From Candidatus Campbellbacteria bacterium (GTDB taxonomy: Bacteria > Patescibacteriota > Minisyncoccia > Phycocordibacterales > EsbW-18): a stretch of DNA of 64,000 nt. The translations under genes and the position numbers were made by a program. Positions 56,614 to 64,000 of the stretch are shown here, piece by piece. Numbering within the stretch: the stretch's first letter is position 1; each line of letters starts with the position of its first letter. The stretch is taken from NCBI GenBank assembly GCA_016699465.1, contig CP064977.1, positions 542,503-606,502 of the forward strand. The letters run 5' to 3'. The notes beneath the pieces were generated by a model. The model was given only the letters and a program-made list of their open reading frames with translations. It was not told the DNA's origin and made no database searches.

Positions 56614-57660
56614 TTATGCGTTTTTTTGTTTTTCCAAAAATTCCAAGACTTTTTGGTTGCCGAGTGTTGTGGCAACGTACGCCTCAACATTTGGTCGCTT
56701 TGCGTCTGGGTAGTGTTCAAGAATATGATCGGTTTCTTTTTTAATTTCCTCGGGAGATGGCTGAATGTTTTCTTTTAGACCAATTTCGTGAAGAATGAGT
56801 TGTTGTTTCGCGCTTTTTTCTGCGTCACTTCGCCACTCTTTTCGCAAATCAGCCTCTGTTTTCTTAAGGTGCTCCATGTATTCGTCTGGTTTGATTCCAA
56901 AACGCTCAATATCTCCTCTAAACTGCGCGTACATTTTGTCGAGCTCAGCTTCAATGAGAATATCAGGAAGCGTGACGTTTGTGTGCGCAAGAATATCATT
57001 CATGATATCGATGCGAAGTGCGTCTTGCGCCTTGTGTCGTTTGTCATACATGATGCCTTCGCGGATTTTTTGTTTGAAATCGTCCACATCTTTGAATGTG
57101 CCGAAATTTTTAACGAGATCATCGGTGAGTTCTGGGAGCGCGTCATCTGTTTTTGTTTCGACGCCATTCTTTTTATTTTCTGCATCACGGTATTGTCGGA
57201 GCGCATTGTCGATGAATATTTGAACATCTTCATCAGTTACCACAACTTCTTTGTTTCCGTGTTCTTTGACGTGTTTTTGTGCGAGGTCTTTATAAGAGGG
57301 AAGGTCAAATTTTGGAAAAACTGCCGTAGTGATTTTAAACCCGAGAGGATTTCCGGCAGCTAATTTTGTAATCGTAATATCAGGGCGTCCAATTGCGTCG
57401 ATGTCGTGGTGCATGAGCATTTTTGGATAGTGTTCAGAAAGTGCATGCTCGGCCATTTCTGTAAAAAGTGCTTGCTCACCAACACGTTCTATAACAATTT
57501 TTTCAGGAACGTGCCCTTTGCGAAAGCCATCAATGCTGATGTCTTGTCCGAGTTCTTTAATCACATGTTCGCGGTGCTTATGGAGTTCTTCGTGTGGAAG
57601 TTCACCTTCAATAGTGACGGTGCTGTTGTCGTTTTTTGTTACGGTGTAGTTTGTGTACAT
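56614..57660 (-). CDS. tig: trigger factor
   Basis: MYTNYTVTKNDNSTVTIEGELPHEEL... ribosome-binding N-domain, PPIase-like middle and C-terminal arm regions. Classic tig-upstream-of-clpP arrangement, here interrupted by three small genes. Confidence 0.85.
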   Translation of the reverse strand: MYTNYTVTKNDNSTVTIEGELPHEELHKHREHVIKELGQDISIDGFRKGHVPEKIVIERVGEQALFTEMAEHALSEHYPKMLMHHDIDAIGRPDITITKLAAGNPLGFKITTAVFPKFDLPSYKDLAQKHVKEHGNKEVVVTDEDVQIFIDNALRQYRDAENKKNGVETKTDDALPELTDDLVKNFGTFKDVDDFKQKIREGIMYDKRHKAQDALRIDIMNDILAHTNVTLPDILIEAELDKMYAQFRGDIERFGIKPDEYMEHLKKTEADLRKEWRSDAEKSAKQQLILHEIGLKENIQPSPEEIKKETDHILEHYPDAKRPNVEAYVATTLGNQKVLEFLEKQKNA

Positions 57661-57867
57661 GATTGATTTTATTAGTGAGCAATAGCGAGACTTTGAAAAT
57701 TTATCCAGCACTCAGGCGGTTTCTTTTCTGGGTGCTGGATGCTCAAAAATCATAGTCGCTGTGCTCCTTGATTTTTGGCAGTGTACCAGTATCAGTAGAA
57801 AATGAAAAGACCCGTCTTCCAACGCGCGATGCTTTGGAGGGCGGGTCTTTTCGAAAGAGTACTGTGG

Positions 57868-58182
57868 TTAGAGAGTGTTCAACTCAGTATCAAGTGCCTT
57901 AAGATCTGCGTCTGTTTGTGTATTGAGTGTGTCGAGATCTTTTTGTTGTGTCTGAATATCTGTTTGGATATCAGAAACTTCTGTTGATGTTGAGCCCGTG
58001 GTGGTGTCACCTTGCAGTTGTTGGATCTGGTCGGCGTCGCGTTGTAGCTTTTGTGCTTGTAGTTGTGCGAAGAGGTAGTATCCTCCAATCGCAAGAACAA
58101 TGATGACAATAATAATTCCGACGACAGGACCGTTTTGATTGTCCGACTTCGGCATACCTTCTATGTTTTGCATTTGATCCAT
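57868..58182 (-). CDS. small membrane-anchored coiled-coil protein (104 aa)
   Basis: TM VVGIIIVIIVLAIGGYYLF then Q/D/T-rich coiled coil. Terminator gacccgtcttccaacgcgcgatgctttggagggcgggtc downstream. Confidence 0.45.
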   Translation of the reverse strand: MDQMQNIEGMPKSDNQNGPVVGIIIVIIVLAIGGYYLFAQLQAQKLQRDADQIQQLQGDTTTGSTSTEVSDIQTDIQTQQKDLDTLNTQTDADLKALDTELNTL

Positions 58183-58292
58183 ATGCTGTAAGGGTTACCT
58201 ATAATGAGTACAGTGTACTCTAAATACGAGAAGTTGAAAGTGGTGGTTGGTATCAGGATGATATGTATACGCACCCTGATTGCCTAGCGGTA

Positions 58293-58940
58293 TTATCGGT
58301 TGTCAGTGTCGTTGTCAGATTGACCATTATTTTCTTTGTCACCATCTGACACACCCTTCTTGATTGAGCTGATTGCATCAGCAAGTTTTGTGTGGGCACT
58401 CTTAAGCAATTCTTTGAGTGCTTTGAATTCTGATCGAATTGTTTGTACGGATGCTTTTGTTGTTGTAGCTGTTGTACTTGCACCAACTCCGTCAAAATTG
58501 ATAGCGTCGAGTGCTTTTTGTGCATCACCGAGAATGTGTGTTGCTGAATCGAGATTTGTTTGAGCTTCAGTAAGTGTTGCTCCACCTTGCTCGAGCGTGT
58601 CGATGCGTCCTTGAATACGAGCAGCTACGGTATTCATTTTAGTAATTGTTTCTTGAAATCGTTTCTCCAATCTTCCGAGAATGTCGCTGATAACTGTTGC
58701 ACGTTTTTCATCAAAACGTGAGCGCATTTCTTCTCGACGTACTTCTACTTTTTGTTTTAGATTTTCAAGACGATCTTTCCCCGTTTGTATCTTTTCTTGC
58801 AAATTAACACGCCACTCTTTATGGTCTTCTTTGCGAAGTGTTTTTGTTGATGTTGATGTTGTCGCGTCTTCTGCATGGAGAAGTGCGAGTGGGCTTACAA
58901 GGATAAATGTCATGAGAGTTCCTACAAATATTTTTTTCAT
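58293..58940 (-). CDS. secreted coiled-coil hypothetical protein (215 aa)
   Basis: Signal peptide MKKIFVGTLMTFILVSPLALLHA. Heptad-like K/E-rich sequence. Confidence 0.5.
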   Translation of the reverse strand: MKKIFVGTLMTFILVSPLALLHAEDATTSTSTKTLRKEDHKEWRVNLQEKIQTGKDRLENLKQKVEVRREEMRSRFDEKRATVISDILGRLEKRFQETITKMNTVAARIQGRIDTLEQGGATLTEAQTNLDSATHILGDAQKALDAINFDGVGASTTATTTKASVQTIRSEFKALKELLKSAHTKLADAISSIKKGVSDGDKENNGQSDNDTDNR

Positions 58941-59082
58941 ATGATTTCACAAAATCACGTCGCGCAACTGTCCGCTAAGGCGCGACGTAGATATTATGCA
59001 TTAGTAATTAAAATAATAATTTAAGGATAGTATACCCCTACCAACGGTATGAAGACAATGACGTGTAACGTTACATGATGCA

Positions 59083-59628
59083 CTAGAGTTCCATCTTTTC
59101 TTGGTAGAGTCGAGCGGCGCGTTCTACTGCTTTAATAGCATCTGCTTTTCCTGTGAATCCTGCAACGATGACTTTATTATGCTCAGGAGTGTCGTCTTTG
59201 AGTGCCTTGTATGTTTCGAAGAAGTGTTGAATTTCACGAAGGGTGTGTTTGTTGAGGTCTTCTAAGTTCTGTACATCTTCCCAACGTTTGTCGTGGACGG
59301 GTACGGCAATAACTTTATGGTCTGGCTGTCCACCATCAACCATGTCCATAAATCCAACAGGACGAACTGTTGCGAGAATTCCTGTTGCGAGAGGATAGGT
59401 GGTGAGGACAACCACATCGAGTGCATCGCCATCATCCCACAATGTTTGTGGAACAAATCCGTAATCGAACGGATATCCAGACGCATTAAAGTTTGCGCGA
59501 TCAAGTGCAATGAGTCCTGTTTCTTTATCTATCTCATATTTATTATTTGATCCCTTTGGAATTTCAATAATAGTATTGAATTCTTCGGGGGCATTTTCTC
59601 CAATTGGAACGTCGTGCCAGTAGTTCAT
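59083..59628 (-). CDS. ppa: inorganic pyrophosphatase (family I)
   Basis: MNYWHDVPIGENAPEEFNTIIEIPKGSNNKYEIDKETG...DGDALDVVVL, canonical family-I PPase motifs. Confidence 0.85.
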   Translation of the reverse strand: MNYWHDVPIGENAPEEFNTIIEIPKGSNNKYEIDKETGLIALDRANFNASGYPFDYGFVPQTLWDDGDALDVVVLTTYPLATGILATVRPVGFMDMVDGGQPDHKVIAVPVHDKRWEDVQNLEDLNKHTLREIQHFFETYKALKDDTPEHNKVIVAGFTGKADAIKAVERAARLYQEKMEL

Positions 59629-59798
59629 ATAAAGTGGAAGTTAGATGTGAGAAGTTGGTAATTGATTTTAGTTTTGCAGAAGGTGTGGTCTCGAAAGCCC
59701 CAGACGTTTCACGGCATGGTGTGAAACGAGAAATCTTGACTGTAGTATATTGTGTGATGGACTTTATCTAGATTTTATCTCTGTCGATATATCCTTAT

Positions 59799-61160
59799 TT
59801 ATTCCCCCTTTTCAGAAGGGCTGTTTTCTGTTTCCTGTGTAGGTGTTTCATCCGAGTCTTTTGTTGTTTCAGGTTGTGTTTCGGGTGCAGCGTCGCTATC
59901 GGGTGTGACAGGCGTTTCATTCTCCGGCGTCACTACTTCTGAGGAACGAGTTTCTTCAGGTGCAACACCAGCTTCATCTGTCCCTGCGGATTGAATGTCG
60001 ATACGCCAGCCAGTAAGTTTTGCTGCAAGGCGAACGTTTTGTCCTCCGCGTCCGATGGCGAGAGATTGTTGATCTTCGGTGACACGAACAATGGCGCTGT
60101 GTGCTTCTTCGTCGGTGATTTCAACGGACAATACTTTTGCTGGTGAGAGTGCGTCTTCGATAAAGTGTTCAGGGGTTTCAGACCATTCAATGACATCAAT
60201 TTTTTCTCCAGCGAGTTCACTCATAACAGTTGAGACACGAACACCGCGTTGACCAACAAGTGAACCAACGGGGTCGATGTGTTCGTCGTTTGAGAAGACG
60301 GCAACTTTTGAACGACTTCCCGGTTCGCGTGCAATTGCTTTTATTTCAACAATACCTTGCGCAACTTCTGGTGACTCTGCTTCAAAAAGACGAACAAGAA
60401 ATTGTGGGTGTGATCGTGACATGCGCAAGAAGACACCGCGAGGTGTTTCTTCTACTTTGAAAAGATATGCGCGAATGCGTTCACCTGCACGAAATCGTTC
60501 GCCGGGAATTTGTTCATCGTACGGCAAAATTCCAACAGCGCGACCGAGATCAACAAATACGTTTCCGCGCTCAACTCGTTGTACTGTTCCTGCAAGAATT
60601 TCTCCTTCGCGTTCTCCGTATTCGTGTGAAAGATGTTCTTTCTCTGCCTCGCGAATTTTTTGAATGATAACTTGTTTTGCTGTTTGTGCAGCGATGCGCC
60701 CGAAGTCGTCGTGCATTTCAAGAGGGAATACAATTTCATCACCAACTTGCGCGCCTTTTTTAATTTTTTTTGCATCGTCGAGCAACATGTGTTTTTCGGT
60801 GTTGAACAAAGGAAGTTTTATTTCATCTTCAACTACGTCCGAACTCGTTGGTGCGTCGCCAGTTGCGGCGAGTATTTTTTTTGTTTGCGATTCGTCTGTT
60901 TCGGCAACAGCTTCGTCACCCACATCTTCTTTGAAGCGGACAGTGGTGTCGTCAACAATTGTTTTAATTTGTTCGAACTCTGTTGTTCCTGTGTTGATAT
61001 CAAATCGTGCGCGAACAACTTGGTCACGTTTTCCGTACTCTTTTTTGTATGCAGTTGCGAGAGCAAATTCAATTGCTTCTAATACTTTTTCTTTTGTAAC
61101 TCCGCGTTCCTCCTCGAGCTCTCCAAGAACGGTTGTTAATGCTTTGAGATCAAATTGCAT
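59799..61160 (-). CDS. nusA: transcription termination/antitermination factor NusA
   Basis: N-terminal RNAP-binding domain (MQFDLKALTTVLGELEEERGVTKEKVLEAIEFAL), S1 and two KH domains, acidic C-terminal tail. Confidence 0.85.
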   Translation of the reverse strand: MQFDLKALTTVLGELEEERGVTKEKVLEAIEFALATAYKKEYGKRDQVVRARFDINTGTTEFEQIKTIVDDTTVRFKEDVGDEAVAETDESQTKKILAATGDAPTSSDVVEDEIKLPLFNTEKHMLLDDAKKIKKGAQVGDEIVFPLEMHDDFGRIAAQTAKQVIIQKIREAEKEHLSHEYGEREGEILAGTVQRVERGNVFVDLGRAVGILPYDEQIPGERFRAGERIRAYLFKVEETPRGVFLRMSRSHPQFLVRLFEAESPEVAQGIVEIKAIAREPGSRSKVAVFSNDEHIDPVGSLVGQRGVRVSTVMSELAGEKIDVIEWSETPEHFIEDALSPAKVLSVEITDEEAHSAIVRVTEDQQSLAIGRGGQNVRLAAKLTGWRIDIQSAGTDEAGVAPEETRSSEVVTPENETPVTPDSDAAPETQPETTKDSDETPTQETENSPSEKGE

Positions 61161-61578
61161 ATATGTGTGTGATTAGTGAATAGTATGTGGTAGCTAGTAT
61201 GTGGAATATAGGCAGTGGTATGTGGGAAGAAGCAAGCTTCCAACTTCACACTCCCAACCTCCAACACCCAGTACTTTAAACAAAAATCGCGACCGTTACG
61301 GCGCGACATTCAGTACTGCACTGACGGCTCTAGAATACTATTGGGTAAAATAAAAGTCAATCCCGACAGTGTTTTGTACAGCTGATTTCTTTTTTAAAAA
61401 CTTTCTCGCGCGTGTTTTCTAAAAAGAAGTCGTGTGTCTCAAAAGAAGACTGATTTCTTCGAAGACATTTATCAACACTGCAGGTATGGTAGTTGCTCGT
61501 GGGAGTGTACTATGTATGTATATCAGTGCACACCAACGTGCACAGGCACATCATTACCTAGTAACTTACATACTTTAT

Positions 61579-62127
61579 ATGGAAGACATGTACACACCAT
61601 CACAACCATCACAACCACTTGCGTCCACTGTTCAAAATGGAATGATGCAACCGCCACTTCACCACTCGTCAAAACCACTCCGAATCTTTCTTGTCATTCT
61701 AGTTGTGATTCTTGTTGGGTGGGGATTGTTCGTACTATTGAACCAAAAGGCCGTCACATACGACGATCAGGGTAATCCTATTACAACGGCAGACGCAGGA
61801 ACGCTGGTGAGCGGATTTCCTGAGGCACTCCTTGCATTTGAGCCAAACGCAGCTATTTCAGAAAGTTTTCGTATTGATTATCTAAACAAGAACCAATCAC
61901 TACCATTTGCCCGCTACACATCAGCAAAGACCTACCAAGAAAATATCGATGGATTCAAGACACTGTTGCAGGAGCAGGCGTGGGCTGTTACCAAACAAGG
62001 TTCTATTCTCGAGACACCCGTAACGAACTTTTATGCAGTAAAGGAAAAAGAACAATTAAATATAACACTTACTCAAAATGAAGACAGTACCGTTACTGTG
62101 CAAATCGCCTACTCACTTACCAATTAA
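61579..62127 (+). CDS. membrane-anchored hypothetical protein
   Basis: Start chosen at MEDMYTPSQ. TM IFLVILVVILVGWGLFVLL. No family recognised. Confidence 0.45.
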   Translation: MEDMYTPSQPSQPLASTVQNGMMQPPLHHSSKPLRIFLVILVVILVGWGLFVLLNQKAVTYDDQGNPITTADAGTLVSGFPEALLAFEPNAAISESFRIDYLNKNQSLPFARYTSAKTYQENIDGFKTLLQEQAWAVTKQGSILETPVTNFYAVKEKEQLNITLTQNEDSTVTVQIAYSLTN

Positions 62128-62141
62128 TTTCTACTAGTACT

Positions 62142-64000
62142 ATGCATTTCAAACAAGTATTCAAAATAAGCCTCTGTGTAGTTCTTTTGGCAACCTTTTT
62201 TGGCTTAGGTTCTACACAGCACGTATTTGCGGCACCAGCGTGTGGTTCTTCAAACGGTTACCTCGTTGGTTCGGCAAGTCCAAACCCTGTGGATACCAGC
62301 GTTACGCTTTCGGTGGTTGGAAATCTGTCTGTTGGCAGATGTTGGTGTGAGCGGACTGGTGGCCCCGCGTATCAATATGTGTCTGGTTTTGGAACACAAA
62401 CACAACCAGTGGACACAGCAACAATCACAGCTGGCCCATCTGGTTTCGTTGGTCAAACAATTCCACTCTCCATTCTTCCAGGAACTGTTGGTGTGTGTGA
62501 TGAAGGCGCATCGGCGCTTGGTGACCCGACAAACTTTAATGGATCACACACCTTTAACACAACAGGTCTTACAAATGGATCGTACACCGTTACAGTGACG
62601 GTTGTTGAGGCGGGGGGCACTGCAAGTAAGACAGCAAATATTACTTTTACCGTTGAACATCCGGTAGCCCCAACCCTCCCAACGGTCTCACTCTCAGCAA
62701 CTCCGTCATCGGTTTCCCAAGGGCAAACAACAACTCTCTCGTGGACTTCAACGAATGCAACGTCGTGTGCGGCAACGGGAGGCACAGGATTTTCAACAGG
62801 AAACACAACGTCGGGGAGCGACACATCGAGCGTCTTGATGTCCAACACAACCTTTTCAATTTCATGTACAGGTGCGGGTGGAACAGCAACTGACAGCGCA
62901 ACAGTAACAGTGGGTGCATCTTCGGCTCCAACAGCAACGCTTTCGGTTTCTCCAGCAACAACAACAACAGGTGGCACTGTTACACTAACGTGGACCTCGA
63001 CAAACGCAACATCGTGTACAGGAGTTGGCCCTGGATTTTCAACGGGAGGAGCAATATCAGGAAGTGACATATCCAGTCCTTTGACAACAAATACCACGTT
63101 TACTGTCTCGTGCACAGGACCGGGGGGAGGGGCAGGGGCACCCCCCGTTGATGTTTCGGTGACAGGAGATTCTGTCACAGGTTCGTGTTCGGTAACCCCA
63201 ACCTCTATTACAACAGGACAAAACGCAACATGGAGTGCGTCGCCATCAGGAGGGAATGGCTCATACACCTATTCGTGGAGCGGAACTGATTCTCTTTCAG
63301 GAGCGTCACAAACAATTGTAAAGACGTATGGAACATCAGGGACAAAAAATGGAAGTGTTACTATTTCATCAAATGGAGAATCAACAGGGGCACTTAGTTG
63401 TGGAACGGTAATGGTAAGTACTCCAGAAGGTTTTGATATAGGTCAATGTTTAACACCACCAGATGGAGGAACGTATGCAACCGCACCAACTCCTGCATGT
63501 TATATAGGAACACCGTCGAGTATTTCAGGAAGTGGTCCATGGACGTGGACGTGTGTAGGAAGTGCAGGGACAGATAGTTGTATTGCATATAAAGCAACAA
63601 CTCCAACAAATGGTGTGTGTGCGGCTCCTCCGGATGGGGGCACCTACACAACCGCACCAACGCCTGCGTGTCAGGTAGGAACAGCGTCGAGTATTTCAGG
63701 AAGTGGTCCATGGACGTGGACGTGTGCAGGAATCGCTGGAGGGACCACGGCAAATTGTACGGCATATAAAACAACCGCAAATCCAATAATTTGGGTCACC
63801 TCAAACATAGGAACAACCTATACAATTACTCAGGGTGTGAACACGGTAGTAGATCAAACAACTCCAGTAACGTTTAAAGGACACTATAATTTAGGTTCAG
63901 GAACATACACTATTCATCCTGCGACAAAAGATGGATACGGAACTCCGACAGTGGCACCATCTGCTACGCAGGACATGACAGAAGCTGATATTACCTTTGC
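62142..64000 (+). CDS. large secreted Thr/Gly/Ser-rich surface protein with internal tandem Ig-like and Cys-containing repeats; 3' end beyond window
   Basis: Hand-translated open frame from ATG 62142 to the window end with no stop (missed by the ORF track because open-ended). Signal peptide MHFKQVFKISLCVVLLATFFGLGSTQHVFA. Two about 84-aa repeats (…TLSWTSTNATSC…SCTG…) and two about 60-aa repeats (CLTPPDGGTY.TAPTPAC..GT.SSISGSGPWTWTC.G), the latter with a 40-nt identical core. Confidence 0.7.
   Translation, partial: MHFKQVFKISLCVVLLATFFGLGSTQHVFAAPACGSSNGYLVGSASPNPVDTSVTLSVVGNLSVGRCWCERTGGPAYQYVSGFGTQTQPVDTATITAGPSGFVGQTIPLSILPGTVGVCDEGASALGDPTNFNGSHTFNTTGLTNGSYTVTVTVVEAGGTASKTANITFTVEHPVAPTLPTVSLSATPSSVSQGQTTTLSWTSTNATSCAATGGTGFSTGNTTSGSDTSSVLMSNTTFSISCTGAGGTATDSATVTVGASSAPTATLSVSPATTTTGGTVTLTWTSTNATSCTGVGPGFSTGGAISGSDISSPLTTNTTFTVSCTGPGGGAGAPPVDVSVTGDSVTGSCSVTPTSITTGQNATWSASPSGGNGSYTYSWSGTDSLSGASQTIVKTYGTSGTKNGSVTISSNGESTGALSCGTVMVSTPEGFDIGQCLTPPDGGTYATAPTPACYIGTPSSISGSGPWTWTCVGSAGTDSCIAYKATTPTNGVCAAPPDGGTYTTAPTPACQVGTASSISGSGPWTWTCAGIAGGTTANCTAYKTTANPIIWVTSNIGTTYTITQGVNTVVDQTTPVTFKGHYNLGSGTYTIHPATKDGYGTPTVAPSATQDMTEADITF

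Noticed and set aside
62227-63786. ORFs 62227-62598 (+), 62453-63268 (-) and 63394-63786 (-)
   Set aside because: All overlap the open-ended plus-strand frame from 62142, which has a signal peptide and coherent domain repeats. The minus-strand Pro/Val-rich translations are the reverse-complement shadow of the Thr/Gly-rich gene.
1-64000. CRISPR array or cas genes, rRNA operon, insertion-sequence transposase, restriction-modification enzymes, reverse transcriptase
   Set aside because: I looked for regularly spaced direct repeats, 16S/23S signature stretches and DDE or HNH transposase-like ORFs, and found none. The only recombinase is the XerC/D-type tyrosine recombinase.

Overview
This is a gene-dense, low-GC (about 40%) bacterial chromosomal segment that spans the replication-origin neighbourhood: rpmH-rnpA-yidC on the + strand, diverging from dnaA-dnaN on the - strand. 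I found no rRNA and no CRISPR array.

The compact genes, short YidC, four-helix-bundle protein and VirB4/PrgI-like cluster are reminiscent of small-genome Gram-positive-like or candidate-phyla bacteria. That taxonomic guess is inference only.

Main content, left to right:
(1) The dnaN/dnaA/rpmH/rnpA/yidC origin block.
(2) A roughly 14 kb cluster of secreted and membrane proteins (4.5-18.6 kb). It includes a VirB4/TrbE-like ATPase, a PrgI/VirB3-like protein, a VirB6/TrbL-like polytopic protein and a peptidoglycan-binding protein, and looks like a type IV secretion or conjugation-like apparatus.
(3) Housekeeping genes: rsmA, pcrA, a LysM-M23 peptidase, comM/yifB, pnp, rpsO, xth, cca, hup, rny, clpP, tig, ppa and nusA.
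(4) A roughly 4.2 kb island (about 31.96-36.15 kb) that is strikingly GC-rich and sits between pnp and rpsO, which are normally adjacent. It is built from monocistronic cassettes (a NYN-domain protein, two small paralogous proteins and two membrane proteins), several of which carry near-identical 80-82 bp upstream promoter/operator elements.
(5) A XerC/D-type tyrosine recombinase immediately followed by two tandem secreted-protein genes that share a 1.18 kb direct repeat with about 100% identity. The second copy is disrupted by two homopolymer frameshifts.
(6) A tRNA-rich accessory patch (tRNA-Arg, two divergent tRNA-Gly, tRNA-Pro) with conserved inverted downstream elements and tRNA 3' end fragments. 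It contains a YraN-like gene packed with CACGTG-core palindromes, a TrmB-like regulator and a TfoX-N-like protein.
(7) Several ORF-poor stretches that carry consensus sigma70-like promoters and intrinsic terminators, which are candidate small RNAs or micro-peptides.
(8) Several short GC-rich mini-cassettes interspersed among AT-rich core genes, and recurrent palindromic hairpin families.
(9) A large, open-ended, tandem-repeat-containing secreted protein at the right edge that the ORF track missed.
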